Shown one piece after another: positions 18,536 to 25,705 of a stretch of 42,227 nucleotides of DNA. The number at the start of each line of letters is the position of its first letter. The stretch's first letter is position 1. This DNA is from a virus: positions 1 through 42,227 of IMG/VR virus record IMGVR_UViG_3300019487_000012. One strand, written 5' to 3'. The notes below the pieces were generated by a model, which was given only the letters and a program-made list of their open reading frames with translations, was not told the origin of the DNA and did no database searches. Made by a program: the position numbers and the translations under genes.

Positions 18536-18570
18536 CTAGTAGTTTCCCTTGGCTACTAGAGCCTCTCTTT

Positions 18571-18825
18571 TTATTCTTTTTTTCCAAAATTAGCAATGAT
18601 TTCAACTTCCTTTTCTGTTAGTTTTTCAGTTACTGTTAAAGCTTTTACTAGATCATATTGTGGATTATTTATGTTATCTCCGTCTTGATTAAAATGTAAG
18701 AGAATGTCTGGAGCGTTAATTGAAAAACCACTGTATAATGTACAAGTAGCATTATAGCTCACTATTCTAATAATGTTACCATTCCTAGCATAGTACAGTG
18801 CAGTTCCTAGCAAAAAATTGTTCAT
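18571..18825 (-). CDS. Hypothetical protein (84 aa)
   Basis: ORF in the operon with tight spacing. No motif. Confidence 0.45.
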   Translation of the reverse strand: MNNFLLGTALYYARNGNIIRIVSYNATCTLYSGFSINAPDILLHFNQDGDNINNPQYDLVKALTVTEKLTEKEVEIIANFGKKE

Positions 18826-18832
18826 AATTCAT

Positions 18833-18997
18833 CTATTTTAGACAGCAATATGTACATTCATACTCTTCTGTTTCTGGATTTCTCCAGATATAATTTTCTT
18901 CTTTATCTTCATCTATTTGAGACTTCGGGTAATTTTCAACTCCCTGAATATAAATTCCTATAGTGTCGCAACTAGGACAGCAAATCTTCTTGCTCAT
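18833..18997 (-). CDS. Small zinc-ribbon protein (54 aa), below the ORF-track cutoff
   Basis: My own translation: MSKKICCPSCDTIGIYIQGVENYPKSQIDEDKEENYIWRNPETEEYECTYCCLK. The ATG lies 1 nt after the polymerase stop. It has CxxC-type pairs at both ends. Confidence 0.55.
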   Translation of the reverse strand: MSKKICCPSCDTIGIYIQGVENYPKSQIDEDKEENYIWRNPETEEYECTYCCLK

Positions 18998-18998
18998 A

Positions 18999-21440
18999 TT
19001 AATTTCCTTTCCATTCTGTCATATCTTTTTCAGCCCAACTAGTTTCACTCCATTTTATTTCAGCAGGAATTACTAGCTGAAAATCTCTACTTAATGTGCA
19101 TTCTTGGAATGCAATTGGACGTTCGTAATGCCGTTTAAAAGCACTACAAAAATCATCTTTTTGTTCTAAGGGAACTTCTGCAAGTAGGCTATCGTGTTTT
19201 TCGCAGAGAAAATGTGCATCTGGAAGATCAACAGAAAGTAATGGAACTGTTCCTTTTGTATGATCTGATACAGTCGCCTGTGGAATTTGTGAATATGCCA
19301 TTTTGAAGAGTTTATCATCGCGTCTATCAAAAAATTGACGAATTCGACCTTGTGGACTTCGTAACATTCCAGTATCATATATTGCTCTTTTTACTTCTGC
19401 GTGAAATACTAAGCGAATATTCGGCTCAATACCATGAAATTTACGTAATATTTCTTCACATACTCGCATTGGTTTATATACCATATGCGATAATCTGTAA
19501 GCTCCCATATCATAATTTCCAGCATGTCGAGGACGTTTTCCATAATTTTCTCTATCTGTTTTCTTTACATCTGTGAATGGAATACCCATTATTAAAGTAA
19601 CTGTTTCAGTGTGATAATCATCTTTAACACCATACTGATTCTTTTTCGTAGCCACTCTATCCATTTTCGTCAGAGTGTCCCAAGATTGCGCTAGGACGCA
19701 GACGACACGCGCTTCAGCTTGTGAACCATCTCCCTCTACAAAACAGTACCCTGGCGAAGGAACGAACATGCTAGGTATGTCTGTACCGTATACCTCACCT
19801 TCAAACTCTTCAGCCTCGTATGCTCGCTTAGGTATGACTTGAAAGCTACCACCAAGGCTTACTTCAATAATTTTAGTTTTTCCGCTCTTTAATACTTGCT
19901 GGAGATAAATTCTATCACTAGAAGTAGTGCCGCTAGTACGTCCCGATTTTGTACCTGCTAAATTAAAACTGGTGCGAAGTCTTTTATCAGGGTGCGCAAC
20001 CATCAGAATATAAGAGCGAATTGTTTGAATTTTGCGTGTGATAATAATTTCTTTTAAGATTGTACGAATTTCTGGACTCTTTACTTCATTAATGTAAAGA
20101 TTTTCTAGCGTTTCTTTATCAGTATCGTATACTTTCTTTCCTCTTTCAGTATAATGATACTTAGGTGGACATTTTAACTCTTCATAAACTAATTTGCCAA
20201 TGGCTGCATTTCCTAAATTAATTGGCCCACCGTATGCTTCTTCTAAATTTGTAAGATGTAGATTATAGAGATGAGTATATCTATTCAGAAGTGCTTTCAT
20301 TCTCTCTTCGTCTCTACGAATTCCACGCTCTTGCATCTTTATATAAGGCGTAAATAATGGCCAAACTTGCTGTCTATGAAAATTCCAAATTTTTAATTCC
20401 TTAGCATCAGCTACTTGAGATTTATAGACTTGCCAATCTGTTAATGCATCTTTTGCATTATAAATTAATAATCCTTCGCCTCCCACAAAAGGATTAAATT
20501 CTTTTCCCTCATTTTTATGATAAGGAAAAGTAGTATGCAATGTAACTAAGAAACCTAAATTCTTCGGAAATTCAGGATAACAACTATGAGCTAATAGCAT
20601 GGTGTCATCCATGATATTTTCTATTCGCCAACCATATCTATTACATTTAATTAAATCAAATCCAATATTTTGGTTAACTTTAGGAATTTTTGAGCGAAGA
20701 ATGTTATCAATCAGTCTAAATACCATTAATTGGTCAGTTGGAGTATCTAATCCAAATAAAGGTATGCTAATAGCCTCATACCCATCATGACAAAAGCCAA
20801 TACAGCTAATGAAATTAAACCAAGTTTCAACATCTACAGTTAAGTACTCTCCTTTTTGTGCGCGCTCCCACCAGTTTGCAAGCGAATTGTAATTTCTACA
20901 AATCCAGATTAATTCTTTATTTTTAATTGCTTCTGTTTGATCCCGTAATCCTACTGCTCGATTAACGTCAAATTGAAGAATCGGGCGATTACTATACATC
21001 TCCCAAATCTGACGAGGATGGAATGTAGAAACTACATTAATTCTTGGATTTTTTACATATGGAAGAATACTTCCTCTATATTTATTTATTCCATGCACTC
21101 CTGTAAGTGTATTAAGTGTTAACTCTCCAAGTGCTAAAATTACATTTGGATTGATTTGTGCAATTTCATTAGCTAAAATCTGTGCATAGTCTTTTTGCTG
21201 CAATGCAGATTGTAGTAATGCATTCCTGGTATGCTTATTCTTTGTTTCTGCGCCAGCTACATAATCTTTAATCAAGAGCGTTCGATATGTCTGGTCTAAT
21301 TTAAAAGCAGGCTTTAAAAAGCCTTCAATCAACCCTCCTGCCTTTCCAACTAAAGCATACCCATTTAATGCCTCTTCTTTAGTTGGATAATCGGAAACAA
21401 TTACTAATTTTGTAGTTTCTTGTCCGTATCCTGAAATCAT
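18999..21440 (-). CDS. DNA polymerase, family A, with 3'-5' exonuclease domain and an N-terminal uracil-DNA-glycosylase-superfamily-like domain (813 aa)
   Basis: UDG-like part: KLVIVSDYPTKEEALNGYALVGKAGGLIEGFL and VVSTFHPRQI, compared with the family-4 UDG motifs GE.PG..E...G.PFvG.aG.lL and HPS. Exo I: DVETW. Pol motif A: GDGSQAEARV. Motif B region: KRPRHAGNYDMGAY. Motif C: KHDS. Confidence 0.85.
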   Translation of the reverse strand: MISGYGQETTKLVIVSDYPTKEEALNGYALVGKAGGLIEGFLKPAFKLDQTYRTLLIKDYVAGAETKNKHTRNALLQSALQQKDYAQILANEIAQINPNVILALGELTLNTLTGVHGINKYRGSILPYVKNPRINVVSTFHPRQIWEMYSNRPILQFDVNRAVGLRDQTEAIKNKELIWICRNYNSLANWWERAQKGEYLTVDVETWFNFISCIGFCHDGYEAISIPLFGLDTPTDQLMVFRLIDNILRSKIPKVNQNIGFDLIKCNRYGWRIENIMDDTMLLAHSCYPEFPKNLGFLVTLHTTFPYHKNEGKEFNPFVGGEGLLIYNAKDALTDWQVYKSQVADAKELKIWNFHRQQVWPLFTPYIKMQERGIRRDEERMKALLNRYTHLYNLHLTNLEEAYGGPINLGNAAIGKLVYEELKCPPKYHYTERGKKVYDTDKETLENLYINEVKSPEIRTILKEIIITRKIQTIRSYILMVAHPDKRLRTSFNLAGTKSGRTSGTTSSDRIYLQQVLKSGKTKIIEVSLGGSFQVIPKRAYEAEEFEGEVYGTDIPSMFVPSPGYCFVEGDGSQAEARVVCVLAQSWDTLTKMDRVATKKNQYGVKDDYHTETVTLIMGIPFTDVKKTDRENYGKRPRHAGNYDMGAYRLSHMVYKPMRVCEEILRKFHGIEPNIRLVFHAEVKRAIYDTGMLRSPQGRIRQFFDRRDDKLFKMAYSQIPQATVSDHTKGTVPLLSVDLPDAHFLCEKHDSLLAEVPLEQKDDFCSAFKRHYERPIAFQECTLSRDFQLVIPAEIKWSETSWAEKDMTEWKGN

Positions 21441-21794
21441 TTAAACCTTTTCCTGCTTTTCAATGTACAAAGCGTAAAGAACCTTTTCCTGCTCTTCAAT
21501 GTACAAAGCGTAAAGAAGCATCATGTACACAATTACATCTAGGCATCTACTCTCGAATTTTTCGGAAGTTTCAATCGACGGGTTATTTATTGCAAATTTA
21601 ATACTATCAAGATGTTTTGCAATAAAGACCCATGCGACTTTCATAGGTGAAAGTTCATCCAATTCTTCTGAAATTCGCTTAAAATTACCTAATCGATCCT
21701 CTCCATTCGCATATTCGCGCCCCTTTGAAGCGGATATTGCTTGAATTTGTTTCTCAAAGTTGTAGATTATTTGATCAAATTCCTTGAATGTCAT
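21441..21794 (-). CDS. DUF1599-like protein (117 aa) with a duplicated C-terminal 12-aa unit
   Basis: KGREYANGEDRLGNFKRISEEL...VFIAKHLDSIKF matches the DUF1599 pattern (K...Y.....D.l.NF......g; v...K..R). I recall this family being linked to nucleotide/DNA modification contexts. Confidence 0.55.
   Translation of the reverse strand: MTFKEFDQIIYNFEKQIQAISASKGREYANGEDRLGNFKRISEELDELSPMKVAWVFIAKHLDSIKFAINNPSIETSEKFESRCLDVIVYMMLLYALYIEEQEKVLYALYIEKQEKV
21444..21515. repeat. Tandem 36-bp duplication (2 copies, 1 mismatch) at the 3' end of CDS 21441..21794
   Basis: aaccttttcctgcttttcaatgtacaaagcgtaaag at 21444-21479 is repeated at 21480-21515 with t->c at position 15. It encodes LYALYIEEQEKV / LYALYIEKQEKV. 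Confidence 0.95.
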
Positions 21795-22194
21795 TTTTTT
21801 TCCTTTCGCCTAAGAGAAGGCTAATTAGCTCGCTAACACTTTCTACACGATCATATTTCGGAAGGAAATGGAAGATCATGTGTTTTTGTTTTTCTGGACC
21901 AAACAGAATTACTTGCTTCTGGATGGCTGTTGCGTAACCCAGTTCAAAGTGTTTTCCTGCACCTTGTAAACCGTCCCAACGGTCTAAGAAAGCAATTAGT
22001 ACCTTTGCTCGGTCTATATCAATTAGGTCGCGGATAGCAGCTTGTGCTCTTTTTGAGGGTGATATTTCCTCGTCATCTGTTTCATGCAACCATCTTGCAG
22101 TTACTGCAATTCCCTTTTTTTCTAAAGCAGGCACAATCTGTTTTTTTAGCCAATGCCGTGCGTTAAAATTATGCGCTAGGTAAACGGATATCAT
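21775..22194 (-). CDS. Nucleoside 2-deoxyribosyltransferase-like protein (139 aa)
   Basis: The ORF track starts at 22212. ATG 22194 (MISVYLAH...) forms an ATGA overlap with the upstream stop. ISVYLAHNF plus GAGKHFELGYATAIQKQVILF fits the family pattern (vYlAG ... GT..ElGyA.a.gKpv). Confidence 0.6.
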   Translation of the reverse strand: MISVYLAHNFNARHWLKKQIVPALEKKGIAVTARWLHETDDEEISPSKRAQAAIRDLIDIDRAKVLIAFLDRWDGLQGAGKHFELGYATAIQKQVILFGPEKQKHMIFHFLPKYDRVESVSELISLLLGERKKNDIQGI

Positions 22195-22388
22195 TCCTCT
22201 GCTCCTTTGCAATCCTTTTCGTGTTTCTTTAAAGCAGGCCCTTTAATAATGCGCCCACAATTAGCACATCTACCAGCACGACGCTGAGACGTCTTGCCGT
22301 TTCTTGTTCGCATTTCATTAGTGCTTGGTAACATCGCTTTCATCATAGGCACTTTTGGGAAGTAATTGAATGGTTTTTCGTCTTTCAA
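22191..22388 (-). CDS. Small basic zinc-ribbon-like protein (65 aa)
   Basis: CANCGRIIKGPALKKHEKDC. Coupled to both neighbours. Confidence 0.45.
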   Translation of the reverse strand: MKDEKPFNYFPKVPMMKAMLPSTNEMRTRNGKTSQRRAGRCANCGRIIKGPALKKHEKDCKGAEE

Positions 22389-22747
22389 AATTTCTTTCCT
22401 CCAGGCGCTTTGCGTGCTTCAAAAGTATGGTCTTGACGAATGCTGTTATAGGCTAATTTTTCTTCCATAGCACCCCCGATATCCATATTTAGATTAGCAG
22501 CAATATCTAATATTCGAATAATTGCGTCGGCAAGCTCTACCTCTAATGCTTTGCGATGAGGTAAATGCTCATCTTGAGCATCTTTTCTAAATCCTTCAAA
22601 TCCTTCAGCTATTTCAGTTACAACAAGCATAAGCATTTCACCCATATTTCGAATAATTGGACGAAGTGTATGCGGATCTTGCCACCAACGCTCATTTAAT
22701 TGTCTAATTGTTTTGGCAAGTAAATTAATATCGTCTTTAATCTGCAT
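22385..22747 (-). CDS. mazG: MazG-like nucleoside triphosphate pyrophosphohydrolase (120 aa)
   Basis: LMLVVTEIAEGFEGFRKD and EVELADAIIRILDIAANLNMDI match the MazG helix pair (E..E..E / E.aD). AGGAG Shine-Dalgarno upstream. Confidence 0.75.
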   Translation of the reverse strand: MQIKDDINLLAKTIRQLNERWWQDPHTLRPIIRNMGEMLMLVVTEIAEGFEGFRKDAQDEHLPHRKALEVELADAIIRILDIAANLNMDIGGAMEEKLAYNSIRQDHTFEARKAPGGKKF

Positions 22748-22881
22748 GTTTTCTCCTAAAGTGGAATGCTACCTCCCTATCTGCTTTTTAGAAGGTAGGT
22801 TATTTTTAGCCTAAGTACAACAGATTACTTACTATGGAGGAGAAGGAAGTAAATAATCGTAAGCAGACTTACAGCTAAACT

Positions 22882-23274
22882 CTAATTGAATGGTGGTTTG
22901 CTGTTTTCAGGAGCGAAATTATCCAAATCCTTTTGGATTTTGCCTTCCCAAGTTCTGTCTTTCACTTCAGCCCAACACTTTTTGCCAAGCAAAACATCCG
23001 TATCGATTGTTCCAGCTTCGATTTTATCAATAGGGATATCTTGAAGTGCTGCTGCTAAGGGAATCAGCATTCCGGGAGCTTTGCTATTGAATCGAAAATA
23101 AACGATTCGCAGGTTTGCTCCAGGGGACAAAATTTTCATTTCGCAGGCGTAGTTGATGCTTTGTTTGTCTTTCGACGCACTTTCTTCAACACTTACTAAT
23201 TCAAACAAGTAAGTGCCTGCATCAGGAGGGTGTAAACGTGCAAGGTCTTTAGATGTAACTTCAATCTTGGGCAT
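22882..23274 (-). CDS. DUF669-like putative ssDNA-binding protein (130 aa)
   Basis: HPPDAGTYLFELVSVEESASKDKQSINYACEMKI...RIVYFRFNSK fits the DUF669 pattern (lp.G.Y...i...e...sk.g......f.i). It lies next to an AAA_24 ATPase, which is the usual DUF669 context. Confidence 0.55.
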   Translation of the reverse strand: MPKIEVTSKDLARLHPPDAGTYLFELVSVEESASKDKQSINYACEMKILSPGANLRIVYFRFNSKAPGMLIPLAAALQDIPIDKIEAGTIDTDVLLGKKCWAEVKDRTWEGKIQKDLDNFAPENSKPPFN

Positions 23275-23481
23275 TTATTTAGGATCTCCTTCTTCATCTG
23301 AGTCAGGGTAAGAAGATACTTCAAAATCCTCCTCATTCCCTTCATCATGATGATTACTTTCTTCTCCTTCTTCTCCTCCTTCTTCTTCTTTTTCTCCTTC
23401 TTCCGCAAGCTCATCTAATTCGGTCATTATTAGATGATCTTTAGGATCTAGCGATTGCAACTGTTCGGCTATCGAAGGCAT
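23275..23481 (-). CDS. Extremely acidic small protein (68 aa)
   Basis: AEEGEKEEEGGEEGEESNHHDEGNEEDFEVSSYPDSDEEGDPK. The stop directly abuts the start of the next gene. It lies between the AAA_24 and DUF669-like genes. Confidence 0.55.
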   Translation of the reverse strand: MPSIAEQLQSLDPKDHLIMTELDELAEEGEKEEEGGEEGEESNHHDEGNEEDFEVSSYPDSDEEGDPK

Positions 23482-23485
23482 TTAT

Positions 23486-24283
23486 TTATTTCCCTTTCTG
23501 AGTTAATTGTTGATAGGTTTGGTAGAAAGACCTATTTGTCAAATCTACCTTTTGCTTTCCCTTTAATTCAGTTCTACTGGTTTTTGCTAAGCCTCCTTCA
23601 AATGTGACTGTAAATTTTACAGGATTTGACGTTCCTGTAATTTCTTCTTTCTCGAACACATAGACTTCATCGAAATATCCAGGTATTTCTTCAGCCATTT
23701 TTTGTGTTCCAAGAACTTTTTGCCCAATTACTATATTTGGGGCATATTGGTTTGAATCTCCAGGCGGTTTTCCATATTCGTTTACTAACCATCCGCTGAG
23801 AATTACATTGCACTTTAGTGGCATCAAGACTTCATAAATTAATTTCATGAAGGCGATACTAGCGTAATTGTAATCGTCAGGAGTTGCGAACTGCAATCCG
23901 CCACGTAGCTTCCCTACATCTACACCACGTAATTTCATGGAATCAATGATAAGCCATTTTTGCAGAGTCGTAACTGACTCAATACAAATTGTTTTAAACG
24001 GAAGCTTATTCGTGCGAACGTAAACGTCCCAAAGCTCAAATTTATTGTTTAATTCTTTCCAACCATCTTTGACAGTGTACTGACTTACTGTAATTCTATC
24101 TAGTAATTCAGAAGCCAAGAATTTTGTAGCTCCTAAAATACCGCGTGCGCGCCTATCTAGGTCAATAATTTCTAATGGACCGAATTCTGCGAAACTAGCT
24201 TCGGCTACACTTTTTCCGCTTCCGCTTCGACCTAGAAAAAGACCGATAAATTGGTCGTATGCTGCAAGGTCAAGAAGTTTCAT
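23486..24283 (-). CDS. AAA_24 / Sak4-like RecA-fold ATPase (265 aa)
   Basis: Walker A GLFLGRSGSGKS near the N-terminus and Walker-B-like TICIESVT. Size and gene context are typical of phage Sak4-type single-strand annealing ATPases. Confidence 0.7.
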   Translation of the reverse strand: MKLLDLAAYDQFIGLFLGRSGSGKSVAEASFAEFGPLEIIDLDRRARGILGATKFLASELLDRITVSQYTVKDGWKELNNKFELWDVYVRTNKLPFKTICIESVTTLQKWLIIDSMKLRGVDVGKLRGGLQFATPDDYNYASIAFMKLIYEVLMPLKCNVILSGWLVNEYGKPPGDSNQYAPNIVIGQKVLGTQKMAEEIPGYFDEVYVFEKEEITGTSNPVKFTVTFEGGLAKTSRTELKGKQKVDLTNRSFYQTYQQLTQKGK

Positions 24284-24286
24284 GCT

Positions 24287-24541
24287 TTATTCCCAAACTT
24301 GATCTAAAGACAGGAAATTTACTTTCTTGTGAATAATTAGTCTAGGCTCATGTACATCGTAATCTTCATAAGCCAAAAAAATTTCTCCATAAAGAGTTAT
24401 ATATTTCTCTCCCTCTTTTGGAGGACGAAAATCAATAATTCCGTAATTTAAGCTAAGAACACGTGTTATTTGTGCTAACTTATATACTTCAGAGTATACT
24501 TCAGAGGGCTTTATTACGGTTGTGCCAAATTGATATTTCAT
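24287..24541 (-). CDS. Hypothetical protein, paralogue of 24545..24796 (84 aa)
   Basis: Shared MKY..., YGIIDFRPP, PRLI..., FLS.(D/E)(Q/E)VWE with the neighbouring gene. Confidence 0.55.
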   Translation of the reverse strand: MKYQFGTTVIKPSEVYSEVYKLAQITRVLSLNYGIIDFRPPKEGEKYITLYGEIFLAYEDYDVHEPRLIIHKKVNFLSLDQVWE

Positions 24542-24544
24542 GTT

Positions 24545-24796
24545 TTATTCCCACACTTCTTCAAATGATAGAAATGCTTGTTTTTGCAAAAGAATCAACC
24601 GAGGCATACGCTTTGGCAAACTATAGCCGGCTATTACAACTATTGCTTCTGGGGTTAGGTATTTGTCATCGAGAACGGGCGGTCGAAAATCTATAATACC
24701 ATAATATTTAAGAATTTCTTCTATAAGAAATTTCTTACTTCGTTCGTTATATATATCAGACGGGATGAATGTTCGTCCATCATAGCTATATTTCAT
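24545..24796 (-). CDS. Hypothetical protein, paralogue of 24287..24541 (83 aa)
   Basis: See the paralogue. The two genes are tandem and 3 nt apart. Confidence 0.55.
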   Translation of the reverse strand: MKYSYDGRTFIPSDIYNERSKKFLIEEILKYYGIIDFRPPVLDDKYLTPEAIVVIAGYSLPKRMPRLILLQKQAFLSFEEVWE

Positions 24797-24945
24797 TTGC
24801 GTAGCTCCACTTGTTTCTATACTTTTAATTTTTCGAGATCATAATAAGTATCGAGTTGCCTCACACTTTTGTAATGTCAGGAAAAGAACAATTGTTACTA
24901 TAGTGAGACAAATAGAGTATACTATCTCGTGTATGTTTGTCATCT

Positions 24946-25209
24946 CTAATTCCTGAACGTTACTGTTGCATCAAATTCATAGATTCGAGCAAATATTGTT
25001 TCATCAGTAAAAGTGCGGTAGTTGTCTGTACGTTTAAAAATACATACAAAAACCTCAGGAAGTAAAGCATCTTCTCTGTAAGAATGTAGTGCTGAGAAAG
25101 GCGCAGAAGGATTAATAGCAACCTTGTAAACAGGAGGATAGTCATCTACTAGGAGCATATCACTCTCTAGGAATCCGTTAGCAAAAGATAGAATAATTCT
25201 GCGTTGCAT
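24946..25209 (-). CDS. Hypothetical protein (87 aa)
   Basis: ORF in the operon. No motif. Confidence 0.45.
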   Translation of the reverse strand: MQRRIILSFANGFLESDMLLVDDYPPVYKVAINPSAPFSALHSYREDALLPEVFVCIFKRTDNYRTFTDETIFARIYEFDATVTFRN

Positions 25210-25214
25210 ATTCT

Positions 25215-25493
25215 TTAAACTCCTAAAATCTCTTCAATTACTTGCAAAGTTACTTTATCCTTTGCTTTTCTTACATGTCTTGTTTTCAAATCTTTTCTCG
25301 TAGGGCAATTTGGGCAATGAGGTTTACGAAGTCTTAACTGTGCGTGAGTAAGAATAAAGGTATCTCCACACAGACAAGCAGCTCTTTTTCCATGAAGCAA
25401 TGTCTTTTTAATGTAGTGTGAACAATCAGGATGAATACATCTATAGTATTCTCTCCGGTCCTTCATGCGTTCATAAGTATGATAGTGTTTCAT
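25215..25493 (-). CDS. Zinc-finger protein (92 aa)
   Basis: CIHPDCSH ... CLCGD ... HCPNCP. Basic C-terminus. Confidence 0.5.
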   Translation of the reverse strand: MKHYHTYERMKDRREYYRCIHPDCSHYIKKTLLHGKRAACLCGDTFILTHAQLRLRKPHCPNCPTRKDLKTRHVRKAKDKVTLQVIEEILGV

Positions 25494-25705
25494 TTTGAAT
25501 GCATTCCTCTCTTTAGCTTTTCCTCCGCTTTAATTAAACAACTTTCACTACAGAGCGATAGATCACCTACATTGTAGTCGTCGGTTAATGCCATAACTTC
25601 ATAAGAGCATTTTTTGACAACAATACGCCACCATTTATTTGTTTCTTTTTTTGCTTCTTTGCATTCATCACAATAAAAAGTAGAAGCTAACATAGTGATT
25701 ACCAT
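25490..25705 (-). CDS. Small Cys-containing protein (71 aa)
   Basis: FYCDECKEAKKETNKWW ... CSESC. Overlaps both neighbours. Confidence 0.45.
   Translation of the reverse strand: MVITMLASTFYCDECKEAKKETNKWWRIVVKKCSYEVMALTDDYNVGDLSLCSESCLIKAEEKLKRGMHSK

Noticed and set aside
22748-22881. Hairpins in the 134-nt gap between the DUF669-like gene and mazG: ctaccttc/ggaggtag, and ttactt/aagtaa with a CCUUCUCCUCC loop
   Set aside because: The stems are short or AU-rich, and none is followed by a U-tract. They could be an internal promoter or a processing site, but I cannot support a specific call.
23196-23414. Lysine-rich ORF (MSLRKKEKKKKKEEKKEKK...)
   Set aside because: It is an alternative frame of the GAA/GAG-rich acidic gene 23275..23481, it overlaps two genes, and it has no independent start context.
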